The position numbers were made by a program, and so were the translations under genes. Below the pieces are notes generated by a model. That model did not search any database and was not told where the DNA came from. It saw only the letters and a list, made by a program, of their open reading frames with translations. From the IMG/VR virus record IMGVR_UViG_3300032007_000052, positions 1-64,000 of that record: DNA of 64,000 bases. One strand, 5' to 3'. This document shows, in pieces, positions 9,464 through 17,843 of the stretch. How positions within the stretch are numbered: the stretch's first letter is position 1; every line of letters begins with the position of its first letter. The stretch is from a virus (Duplodnaviria > Caudoviricetes).

Positions 9464-9883
9464 TCATTTTTCTATGAATAAGTTATACCCAGAAGTTGTA
9501 TAGGCAGTGTTAGCAGACAAATCGGTTATATAACCACCACCACTTACAGTACTAGTTGGGTTGCTTGAACTTTGTTGATTATATGTTTGTTTATTAGATT
9601 TATATACTTTACATGCAAATGGCAATGTAACAGTGATAGTATTCGTACTAACAATTCGTGATACTACGATATTATCGTAAAGTGTAACAGAATACCCATA
9701 ATGAGCATTAGGAGAAATACTGTTTATCATTACATAATTTCCAGAATGATATATTGCTTCGAAATTAATCCAACCACCACTAGCTGTTGAAATAATATTA
9801 ATTAAAAGCCATCTTCCATTTAAAACCCCGTCACTTTTACCCTTATTGTAGACGTTAGTAGCGTTTACATAGCGGTATGTGTT
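9464..9883 (-). CDS. silent alternative C-terminal cassette for protein C
   Basis: Begins NTYRYVNATNVYNKGKSDGVL then diverges (NGRWLLIN...). The upstream in-frame part only overlaps the + strand gene 9906, so it lacks a credible start. Confidence 0.8.
   Translation of the reverse strand, partial: NTYRYVNATNVYNKGKSDGVLNGRWLLINIISTASGGWINFEAIYHSGNYVMINSISPNAHYGYSVTLYDNIVVSRIVSTNTITVTLPFACKVYKSNKQTYNQQSSSNPTSTVSGGGYITDLSANTAYTTSGYNLFIEK
9820..9883 (-). repeat. inverted repeat IR2-right (64 bp)
   Basis: Reverse complement of 9021-9084 with one mismatch. Confidence 0.92.
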
Positions 9884-9905
9884 CGGGAAACGAAAGGAGT
9901 AAAAG

Positions 9906-10454
9906 TTGAGAAAAGTTAAGTTAAATAATAAATTATATGAATTAGTAAACGAGCCTAACCGAAGTACATCTAATTTGCAATTTAATGTTGTCAAAGGTGA
10001 AAACACTTTTGAATCGATTATTGATAATGCTGATGGTAATGACATTATTGATGTATATGAGGATGATGAGAAGGTTGGAACTTATAAAGGATATTCCGAA
10101 CTCTTTGTAGCAAGTTATGTCAAGGGGAATGATTCAATTTCGATTGAACTAATCAATAATGACATTATTCAACAGATTGAAGATATCAATACAAGCATTG
10201 ATGAATTGGATGAAGATATTGAAGGAGTTAAGCAAGATGTTTCTAATATCACTCCAATAACATTAACTAAGACTGCTTACATTGATGATACAGAGATTGT
10301 ATTTGAAGATGTGCCAGAGGGAACACTTTCTGTTTACACAATTGATTCTGAAGGAAAACCAATTGATTTTGAGATGAATCGTGAGAATAATGTGGTTACA
10401 CTTTCATTTGAACCACTTGAACATGTAACAAATATTACATTGACTATTAGATGA
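9906..10454 (+). CDS. hypothetical virion protein (coiled coil plus C-terminal beta domain)
   Basis: AAGGAG RBS, TTG start; C-terminus resembles the shared domain of 4576 and 5761. Confidence 0.65.
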   Translation: MRKVKLNNKLYELVNEPNRSTSNLQFNVVKGENTFESIIDNADGNDIIDVYEDDEKVGTYKGYSELFVASYVKGNDSISIELINNDIIQQIEDINTSIDELDEDIEGVKQDVSNITPITLTKTAYIDDTEIVFEDVPEGTLSVYTIDSEGKPIDFEMNRENNVVTLSFEPLEHVTNITLTIR

Positions 10455-10464
10455 GGAGGTTGCT

Positions 10465-10701
10465 ATGAGTTTCTATATTGATACTATTGAGCAGATTGTT
10501 GGTACTGAGGGTGGATATTCCGAGTATGGTGGAAGAGAAAAAGTGGGCGATGAGCAGCTTGCGTATTCTAAATTCTATAAGAAGCTATCTGATGTAGCTG
10601 CTGATATTGGAAAGAATCATACTTATATGGATATTAAAATTACTAATTCTCTTGGTGGAATTATAAAGAAAGATTCTATTGGTGAGTATATTCATGAATG
10701 A
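10465..10701 (+). CDS. hypothetical protein
   Basis: GGAGG RBS, 78 aa. Confidence 0.65.
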   Translation: MSFYIDTIEQIVGTEGGYSEYGGREKVGDEQLAYSKFYKKLSDVAADIGKNHTYMDIKITNSLGGIIKKDSIGEYIHE

Positions 10702-10829
10702 AAAAAACGATTGAAAGTGTTTTGTATTTAGTGTATACTAATAGTTAGTTCCAACAAAATCTCACAAATTTTGTTTTAGACATTAAAGCTTCGAACGAAT
10801 GTTCGGGGCTTTTTTGCATGGAGAAAATT

Positions 10830-10955
10830 ATGCCAGTAAGAAAAGTAAAAGGTGGGTATAAATGGGGCAAAAGTGGCAAAGTGTATAAAACCAAGAAAGA
10901 GGCACTTACACAAGGAAGAGCAATAGAAATTAGTAAGAAGAAAAAGAAAAAATGA
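10830..10955 (+). CDS. small basic protein (41 aa, MPVRKVKGGYKWGKSGKVY...)
   Basis: GGAG RBS; flanked by terminator-like hairpins; absent from the ORF track because of size. Confidence 0.6.
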   Translation: MPVRKVKGGYKWGKSGKVYKTKKEALTQGRAIEISKKKKKK

Positions 10956-11083
10956 AGGCATCCCTTATGGGGTGTCTTTTTTAATTGTCATGGAAAAGAC
11001 GTTAAAACCCTGAGAGAACAGTAAACACGATACGAAGTCAGAGAAGACTTCACAAAAAACACGATTGAGAAAGGAAAAAGAAT

Positions 11084-11746
11084 ATGAAGAACAATGAAAT
11101 CCGATACTTGAAAACTATGTTACCTATGAATATTCAGTTTTTTGCAGAACCAGATGGAGGCGATACAGGAAATGGTGCTGAGGCATCACCTGATGGCGCA
11201 GAAGAGACTGTAATTGATGAGGGTGAACAAACTCCTACAAAAACTTATGAGGATGCTCTAGCGGAGATTGCGGCGGCTCAGGCAGAAGCTAAAAAGCTGA
11301 AAGCTGAAAGAGATGCGGCTCTTAAAAAGAGTGGTGACATTGCCAAACAGCTTAGAGCAAAGATGAGCGAGGCTGAATTACAGGCTGAGCAGAAAGCTCA
11401 AGAGGATGAGGAGAGACAAGCACACTTAAAGGAACTTGAAGCGTATAAAGCGGAGAATGAGGCTTTAAAGAGATACAGACTTCAAGGGATGGATGAGGAT
11501 CTTGCCGGAAAAGCTGCTAAAGCTGAAATTGAGGGTGATATGGATGCTCTTGCTGATGTTCAGAGACAGTATACCCAAGCTTTGCTGAAGGAAAAAGAGG
11601 CTGAGTGGAAGAAATCTCGTCCGAGGGTAAACATGGGTGATGGTGAGGATTCAACTTCTATGACTAAGGATGAGATTATGGCAATTAAAGATCCTAAAGA
11701 GAGACAGATTGCAATTGCTAAGAATCTCAAACAGTTTGGATATTAA
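11084..11746 (+). CDS. capsid scaffolding protein
   Basis: LPMNIQFFA N-terminal motif, acidic linker, coiled coil; directly upstream of the major capsid gene. Confidence 0.85.
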   Translation: MKNNEIRYLKTMLPMNIQFFAEPDGGDTGNGAEASPDGAEETVIDEGEQTPTKTYEDALAEIAAAQAEAKKLKAERDAALKKSGDIAKQLRAKMSEAELQAEQKAQEDEERQAHLKELEAYKAENEALKRYRLQGMDEDLAGKAAKAEIEGDMDALADVQRQYTQALLKEKEAEWKKSRPRVNMGDGEDSTSMTKDEIMAIKDPKERQIAIAKNLKQFGY

Positions 11747-11784
11747 TTCGGTTAATCGCAGGTGAGCGATAGAAAGGATGAGTC

Positions 11785-12906
11785 ATGGCTGCTGAGAAAG
11801 GTTTAATTAAAAATGCCGATCTTGCGAAAGCGAGAGAGGTGGATTTCGTCTATCGTTTTCAGGATGGAATCAAAAAGCTTATTGAGGTTTTGGGAATTAC
11901 AAAGAAGATTCCAAAAGTTGCAGGTACTAATTTAAAGGCTTATAAGGCAACAGGTACTTTGTTAGACGGTATCGTTGCTGAAGGCGACATTATTCCACTT
12001 TCCCACTATAAGACAGTTCCAGTAACTTTTGCTGAGATTACTCTTAAAAAGTGGAGAAAAGCTACTTCTGCTGAGGCTATTGTTGAAAAGGGTTACGATC
12101 AGGCTGTTCAGATGACAACTGATGAGATGCTTAAGGATGTTCAGAAGGGTATTAAGAAGGATTTCTTCTCTTTCCTTGGGACAGGTACAGGTCTTGCAGC
12201 AGGTACTACTTTCCAGGACACAATCGCTCAGATTTGGGGACAGCTTCAGCTTTTGTATGAAGATACAGAGATGGAAGCTGTTTATTTTATGAATCAGCTT
12301 GATGCTGCTTCTTATCTTGGTAGTGCTCCTATCACAATGCAGACTGCATTTGGTATGACATATATCGAAGATTTCCTTGGACTTGGAACTGTTATCTTTA
12401 ATTCTTCTGTTCCAAAGGGTACTATTTACGGTACAGCTAAAGAGAACATTGTTCTTTACTATGTTCCTGTTAATGGTGCTGATCTTGACAATGCATTTGA
12501 ATTTGTTGCTGATCCTCTTGGATATATTGGTATTCACGAACAGCCTAATTATGACAATGTAACAGCTAGTGATACTGTTATGTGTGGTATGGTTCTGTTT
12601 GCTGAGAGAATTGATGGTATTGTAAAAGGCTCTATTGGTGGTACTGTTACTGCAACTGTTACAACTGATGTTGATGCTATTACAATTCCGGTTGATGGTG
12701 TTGATACTGTTCATGCTAAGATTAATCCTCGTGGCACAGCTTATACTTGGGCTTCTTCTGATGCATCTGTTGCTACTGTTAAGAATGGTCTTAGCGATTC
12801 TGATGTTGTCATTACAGGTGTTGCAGCTGGTACAGCTAATGTTACATGCACTATCAATGGTAGTGTTGTTAAGACTATTGCTGTTACAATTTCTGCCGGC
12901 GCATAA
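11785..12906 (+). CDS. major capsid protein with C-terminal Ig-like domain
   Basis: VAEGDIIPLS and KKWRKATSAEAI motifs; C-terminal YTWASSDASVATV..ITGVAAGTANVT Ig-like (Big_2) motif. Confidence 0.88.
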   Translation: MAAEKGLIKNADLAKAREVDFVYRFQDGIKKLIEVLGITKKIPKVAGTNLKAYKATGTLLDGIVAEGDIIPLSHYKTVPVTFAEITLKKWRKATSAEAIVEKGYDQAVQMTTDEMLKDVQKGIKKDFFSFLGTGTGLAAGTTFQDTIAQIWGQLQLLYEDTEMEAVYFMNQLDAASYLGSAPITMQTAFGMTYIEDFLGLGTVIFNSSVPKGTIYGTAKENIVLYYVPVNGADLDNAFEFVADPLGYIGIHEQPNYDNVTASDTVMCGMVLFAERIDGIVKGSIGGTVTATVTTDVDAITIPVDGVDTVHAKINPRGTAYTWASSDASVATVKNGLSDSDVVITGVAAGTANVTCTINGSVVKTIAVTISAGA

Positions 12907-12926
12907 TTTTACGAGAGGGAAAGCGG

Positions 12927-13271
12927 ATGAAATACAAGGTTGTAAGGTATTTCACCGATATGCAGGATAATAACTATGCCTACTCCGAGGGTGATTTTTA
13001 CCCTCGTGAGGGGCTGGTGGTTTCTGAAGCACGTATTGGTGATTTACTTAGTGGAAATAATTTTCAAAAAATTGCTTTGATTAAGAAGGTTCTTGAATCT
13101 GAGGAAGATGTTGTTGAGGACAAGAATCCAGAGGTTACTCTTGAACTTGTAAAGAAAACTACAAACTACATTAGGCTTAAGGCTTTGGCTAGAAAGATAG
13201 GTGTTAATCCTGATGATTTTAAGGATGTTGTTTCTTTGAAGGAAGAGTTATATCGTGTTCTTGGTGAGTGA
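12927..13271 (+). CDS. capsid-adjacent hypothetical protein
   Basis: YKVVRYFTD..D..Y..GD.YPR motif often seen after the major capsid gene in Bacillota siphophages. Confidence 0.65.
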   Translation: MKYKVVRYFTDMQDNNYAYSEGDFYPREGLVVSEARIGDLLSGNNFQKIALIKKVLESEEDVVEDKNPEVTLELVKKTTNYIRLKALARKIGVNPDDFKDVVSLKEELYRVLGE

Positions 13272-13279
13272 GGTTAGCT

Positions 13280-13627
13280 ATGGCAATTGATGATATGCTT
13301 TCGGAGATTTTCTTTAATTTAAAAGCTGAATATGAAGCGGATGAGGCTCAGGCTCCGATGCTTAGTGATTCAATTCTTATGAATAAAGTCAAGGGAGCAT
13401 ATCGTGAGATTAGGTGTGCCAGAAGATATCCCGCTTCTTATGATGAGGAAAAGATTGCTAGTGATTTAATGAACTTCTACTCTAATATTGAGAATCTTGC
13501 TCGTTATGATTACAACAAAATCGGTGCTGAGGGCTTGTCTTCTTATAGGGGTGATGGTGTTTCTATGTCCTACGTTGATAGGAATAAGTTTTTCTATGGT
13601 GTTTATCCGATTTCAAGAAAATCATAG
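13280..13627 (+). CDS. head-tail connector (gp6/gp15-like)
   Basis: YNKIGAEGLSSY..DGVSMSY motif; synteny. Confidence 0.75.
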   Translation: MAIDDMLSEIFFNLKAEYEADEAQAPMLSDSILMNKVKGAYREIRCARRYPASYDEEKIASDLMNFYSNIENLARYDYNKIGAEGLSSYRGDGVSMSYVDRNKFFYGVYPISRKS

Positions 13628-13637
13628 GGGGTGAATT

Positions 13638-14084
13638 ATGAGGACTCCTAAGCACATTAAACAGGTTATGTATTATTCTTTGCTTATAGGGAAAGAACCT
13701 ATCTATGAGGTGGATGACCAGGGGAGAATTGTTTATCAGATTATTGCGGGTGAACAGATTCCTATTGAGACGGGTGAGAAGAGAGATGTTTATTCTATTC
13801 CGGTTGTATTCTTTAATTCAATTTCAGGGCAGCTTACTGAGGATGAATTACAGGCTTTTGGTACTGAGGCTACGGCGAGCGCAAAGATTACGTATAAGAG
13901 GGAGGCTTACCCTTTTAGAGCTGGTACTTTGATTTGGAAACAGTCTAAGGTTAAATTTAATGCTGATGGCAGTGTGGATGAGACTTCGGCTGATTATAGA
14001 GTATCTGGGGTTATGAGGGAAGGACAATATTTCTGGAAGGCAATTTTGCAGGTGATAAGTCATGAAACTGGTGATGGGTCTTAA
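13638..14084 (+). CDS. head closure/head-tail adaptor
   Basis: Synteny and size. Confidence 0.6.
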   Translation: MRTPKHIKQVMYYSLLIGKEPIYEVDDQGRIVYQIIAGEQIPIETGEKRDVYSIPVVFFNSISGQLTEDELQAFGTEATASAKITYKREAYPFRAGTLIWKQSKVKFNADGSVDETSADYRVSGVMREGQYFWKAILQVISHETGDGS

Positions 14085-14607
14085 TAGTAGGGATATCAAA
14101 AACTCTATTAGGGAACTTGAACTATATAGGGATTCATTAAAGAGCAAAAATACGATTTTTCTTGAAAAACTTCTTGATGAGGGTATTGAGGTTGCCAAAG
14201 AGAATGTTGGATATTATAGATACTTTATCAAGTTTTCCAAGAAGGTTGAGGATGGGGAAACTGCTGTTGGATTTCTTATTGGGGATAGTAAACCGGCTGT
14301 TGTAGTTTGGGATAAGAGAGGGAAAAAGGCTCAAGCTGTTGTAAATCCTTTACTTATGGCTGAATTTGGTAGTGGTCATTTGGCTGAGGTTTTATTTGAT
14401 ATTGCTGGTGTTGGTCAAGGTACTTTCCCTGGTCAAACTCATGCTTTCGATGATGTATGGCATTGGAAGGAGTGGAGGGATGACCATAAGGGGGAGTGGC
14501 ATCATTCTAAAGGTTTTAGGCCTACTCATCCTATGTACCAGGCTGAAATGGATATGATTAAAGAGGTTGTTAATATTGCTAAAGAGGTTTATGGAGGTGA
14601 GAAATGA
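14062..14607 (+). CDS. neck/tail completion protein (HK97 gp10-like)
   Basis: AEFGSG motif and HSKGFRP..PMY C-terminus; synteny. Confidence 0.65.
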   Translation: MKLVMGLNSRDIKNSIRELELYRDSLKSKNTIFLEKLLDEGIEVAKENVGYYRYFIKFSKKVEDGETAVGFLIGDSKPAVVVWDKRGKKAQAVVNPLLMAEFGSGHLAEVLFDIAGVGQGTFPGQTHAFDDVWHWKEWRDDHKGEWHHSKGFRPTHPMYQAEMDMIKEVVNIAKEVYGGEK

Positions 14608-15038
14608 TTTCTGAGGTGTGGTATTCCAAAATTGAATCTACGATTCTCACTACTCTTAAGTATAATTTGACTCAGAAGCTTCTTGCCCCATTTCCTAAAC
14701 TTAACTGCACTACGTCTAGCCAGAATGAGTCTATTGAAAATATTAATGATTTTCCGACTTTGTACGTGCATATGTTGCCACCGCTTGAGGTTGGGAATGA
14801 TTTATATAATGATTTTGTTAATGGTGTTAATTGCACTTTTGAATTACAGGTTTTTTCTGATAAATCGGAGACGGAGTGTAGGAATATCGTTGTTGAGGCT
14901 ATTCAGGTTATGAAGAGGCTTCATTTCAATGTTTCGATGTTTCCTGATCCTCAGACTTCGGGGAAACGATATTTTGCACTGACTAGGGTTAATCGAATTA
15001 TTGGCAGTGGGGATAAGGATATTGTGCCTTCGGAGTAA
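14604..15038 (+). CDS. tail terminator protein
   Basis: Position before the tail tube gene; FPTLYV...FELQVFS pattern. Confidence 0.65.
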   Translation: MISEVWYSKIESTILTTLKYNLTQKLLAPFPKLNCTTSSQNESIENINDFPTLYVHMLPPLEVGNDLYNDFVNGVNCTFELQVFSDKSETECRNIVVEAIQVMKRLHFNVSMFPDPQTSGKRYFALTRVNRIIGSGDKDIVPSE

Positions 15039-15105
15039 AGTTACGTTAATTTTGGTGGGATATCCCACCTTTTTTGTTGCTTATAAGTGACAGAAAGGAG
15101 TCAAT

Positions 15106-15585
15106 ATGGCTGTTCAAGAGGCGGGTCTTTCTACGCTTGGAATTAAGCTAGGCTATGGGGTTGAGACTGTTGCAGGCGAGAAACCAAGTTCTTTTTCTTG
15201 GCTAGAGAGATGTAATAATATTGGTGGTTTGGAGCTGTCAACAGAAACAATTGATGCTAGTGCGTTGGAAGATCTTGTATCAAGAAGTATTGCTGGTCGT
15301 CAGGATTCTGGTGGTACATGGAATGTAACATTTAACTATACTGCTGAGGTTTCTGCTCAGCTTAAAGCTATGGTTGCTGCATATAATACTGGTAAGGCAT
15401 CTGGTCTTAAGACTTGGTTTGAGGTTTGGATTCCAAGTGCTTCTGATGCTTTCTTTATTGTTGCGCAGCCTCCTCAGAAGTTGCCTATGCCTGAATTTGG
15501 TCAGAATGCTCTTTTGACTATTCAGATTGGTTTGGCTATTGAGGAGTACAAGGGTGAACTTACAGCTATTGAGCCTGTGGGGTAA
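15106..15585 (+). CDS. major tail (tube) protein
   Basis: ETIDASALED..SRSIAGRQDSGG motif; synteny. Confidence 0.85.
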   Translation: MAVQEAGLSTLGIKLGYGVETVAGEKPSSFSWLERCNNIGGLELSTETIDASALEDLVSRSIAGRQDSGGTWNVTFNYTAEVSAQLKAMVAAYNTGKASGLKTWFEVWIPSASDAFFIVAQPPQKLPMPEFGQNALLTIQIGLAIEEYKGELTAIEPVG

Positions 15586-15911
15586 TTAGCTCTGGTAACG
15601 GTGGCAATCAGAGCAGTAACCCTTCTCAGACCACTGGTTATTTAGATGCGTCTGAGTTAGGTTCGATGTCTGAATCTGAGATAATGAGTATAGCTTCTGC
15701 TAGAGGTTATACTATTACGGCGGTAAATAAGTCGGATATGATTGATGAGTTTATTGCTGAGCAGAAATTGAATTATATGTTTACACAGACTGAACTTAAC
15801 CGTTTGACTATTAATGAGATAACTGATATTGCGAATGCAAGAGGTTATGTTATTACTCAGACTTTGAAAGCGGATATTATTCAGGAATTCCTAGACGAAC
15901 AGAATAGTTAA
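15579..15911 (+). CDS. -1 frame extension of the tail tube protein (Gly/Ser linker plus two HeH/Rho_N-like repeats)
   Basis: Open -1 frame from GGGG-TAA; the first repeat starts upstream of the only ATG (15666). Confidence 0.65.
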   Translation, partial: GVISSGNGGNQSSNPSQTTGYLDASELGSMSESEIMSIASARGYTITAVNKSDMIDEFIAEQKLNYMFTQTELNRLTINEITDIANARGYVITQTLKADIIQEFLDEQNS

Positions 15912-15969
15912 CAATGGAAGGGCGAGCTTCGGCTTGCCCCTTTCCCTTTTTTATAGAAAGGAGTTAACG

Positions 15970-16167
15970 ATGACACTTTCAGAGTTTTTAACAGCACTTA
16001 ATAATCCTAATATGCTTATTACAGTGCAGGACAGTGATAATAGCGAGCTTATTAAGTTGTATGCTGCTGGTCATGCTCAGCTTCTCACAACTTTGCTTGC
16101 TAGAGAGGTTGACAAGGTTACTATTGTTAATCCTCAGAATGCAACTGTTTTGCTCAAAGCAGCTTAA
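15970..16167 (+). CDS. small hypothetical protein between two terminator-like hairpins
   Basis: AAGGAG RBS; hairpins at about 15920-15940 and 16206-16240. Confidence 0.6.
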   Translation: MTLSEFLTALNNPNMLITVQDSDNSELIKLYAAGHAQLLTTLLAREVDKVTIVNPQNATVLLKAA

Positions 16168-16260
16168 AAAATTAAATATCTTGTAGATTTTCTTGTAGAT
16201 TCGTTGGGCTGCCTTCTTAGAGTTGGGTAGCCCTTTTTTTAAGGGAAAGGAATTTAGTTT

Positions 16261-16587
16261 ATGAATAAGGTATTTTTAATTAACGGTAAAAAATATAATG
16301 CTGTTCCATTTAATTTCAATACTATTTGTGATCTTGAAGAGGCTGGTGTTTCTATTCAGGAGATGCAGAAAAAGCCTATGGCTATGCTTAGGGCTTATTT
16401 TGGTATTTGCGGTGGTTTGAGCAATGAGGATGCTGGTAGGGAAATTCAGAATCATGTTATTTCCGGTGGTAATTTTAATGAGTTATACAAGATTATGGGT
16501 GAGGAAATGAATGAATCTGATTTTTTTCAGGCTCTCAGCAAGAAAGCGGAAGAGGATGCTCCAAAGGGCAAAAAGACATTAGCTTAA
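16261..16587 (+). CDS. tail assembly chaperone (gpG-like)
   Basis: FNFNTICDLEE motif; synteny; slippery T TTT TTT near the 3' end. Confidence 0.75.
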   Translation: MNKVFLINGKKYNAVPFNFNTICDLEEAGVSIQEMQKKPMAMLRAYFGICGGLSNEDAGREIQNHVISGGNFNELYKIMGEEMNESDFFQALSKKAEEDAPKGKKTLA

Positions 16588-16970
16588 ATAAGTATGGCTC
16601 GCTGAGAGAGATGTATACTAAGGAACTTATCCCCCAGGCTATTGCTATGGGGGTTTCATATAATGATTTTTGGCATTTGACTATGCGTAGCTACAATGCA
16701 ATATCTGAGGGTTACAAGCTTAAGAGGGAAATTGAGGATGAAAACAATTGGATCTTGGGCGGGTACATTTGTGATGCGGTAGGAATTGCTATTGGTAATG
16801 CGTTTAGGGGAAAAGGTCAAAAGGCTAGTGACTATTTCGAGATTATTGATAAGCCATTTTTACGTGAAAAGAAGCCTCTTACTGAGGATGAAATTCAGGC
16901 TCAGAGGCAACTTGTTCTTGAAAAACTTAGGACTATGAAGACTAATTTTGATTTAAGTCACGGAAAGTAA
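16521..16970 (+). CDS. tail assembly chaperone -1 frameshift part (gpT-like)
   Basis: -1 frame is open from 16521 through ORF 16611-16970; MGVSYNDFWHLT motif. Confidence 0.7.
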   Translation, partial: FFSGSQQESGRGCSKGQKDISLNKYGSLREMYTKELIPQAIAMGVSYNDFWHLTMRSYNAISEGYKLKREIEDENNWILGGYICDAVGIAIGNAFRGKGQKASDYFEIIDKPFLREKKPLTEDEIQAQRQLVLEKLRTMKTNFDLSHGK

Positions 16971-16985
16971 TGGGAAAGGTGTTTT

Positions 16986-17843
16986 ATGGCAAACGAGATT
17001 AAGGTTCAACAGAAACAGGGTATCAATACTTTTCTTCAATCGGATGCTGTTAAGCATAATATTATGTCTGTTGTTGGAGAGAAGGATAGTCAGAGGTTTA
17101 TTAGTTCGGTTGTGAGTGCTGTTCAGAGTAATCCACAACTTGCAGATTGTTCTAATTCTAGTATTTTATCTGCGGCTTTGCTTGGTCATAGTTTAAAATT
17201 GCCACAATCTCCACAACTTCAGATGTTTTATCTTGTTCCTTTTAATAATACTAAGAAGGTTAAGGATGAGAATGGCAGGGAGAAGGAAATCAAGGTTAAA
17301 GAGGCTGTTTTTCAGTTGTCTTACCGTGGATATTTGCAGCTTGCTATGAGGTCGGGTCAATACAGAAAGATTAATGCTTGTGATATTCGTGAGGGTGAGC
17401 TTAAGAGTTTCAATCCTATTACTGAGGAATATGTTTTTGAGGCTATTACTGACTATGAAAAGAGAAAGTTGCTTCCGGTTGTGGGTTATTATGCTTATTT
17501 TGAAATGAATAATGGATATCGCAAGGAGTTGTATTGGTCTAAAGAGCAGATGGATGCTCATGCTAAGCGGTATTCTATGGCCTATAGGAAGGGTTGGAGT
17601 AGTTCTTTCTGGGCTAGTGATTTTGATGCCATGGCTCTTAAGACTATGTTAAGACAGCTTATTTCCAAATGGGGCATGATGTCTGTTGACATGGAGACTG
17701 CTTACCAGAATGATATGGCTATTGAGGATGAAAATGGTAATCCTGTTTATGTAGACAATGTTTCAGATGGTCCTGAAAAGGCTGTTGATGTATATGCTGA
17801 TGTAGTTGCGGAGAGTGTTGCGGATGATAGTCACGAAGGATAA
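16986..17843 (+). CDS. recT: RecT-family single-strand annealing recombinase
   Basis: FYLVPF, AVFQLSYRGYLQLAMRSGQY and FDAMALKTMLRQL motifs. Confidence 0.9.
   Translation: MANEIKVQQKQGINTFLQSDAVKHNIMSVVGEKDSQRFISSVVSAVQSNPQLADCSNSSILSAALLGHSLKLPQSPQLQMFYLVPFNNTKKVKDENGREKEIKVKEAVFQLSYRGYLQLAMRSGQYRKINACDIREGELKSFNPITEEYVFEAITDYEKRKLLPVVGYYAYFEMNNGYRKELYWSKEQMDAHAKRYSMAYRKGWSSSFWASDFDAMALKTMLRQLISKWGMMSVDMETAYQNDMAIEDENGNPVYVDNVSDGPEKAVDVYADVVAESVADDSHEG

Noticed and set aside
4576-9883. Diversity-generating retroelement behind the repeated fibre sequences
   Set aside because: No reverse transcriptase in the window. The repeats are inverted or paralogous and lack adenine-specific mismatches.
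9884-10045. N-terminal extension of the - strand ORF 9464-10045 as a real start
   Set aside because: It overlaps the well-supported + gene 9906, and similarity to the fibre gene begins exactly at the inverted repeat.
11962-12714. 250-aa antisense ORF over the capsid gene, and similar antisense ORFs over the portal and tape measure genes
   Set aside because: Shadow ORFs produced by codon bias; no RBS or recognisable motifs.
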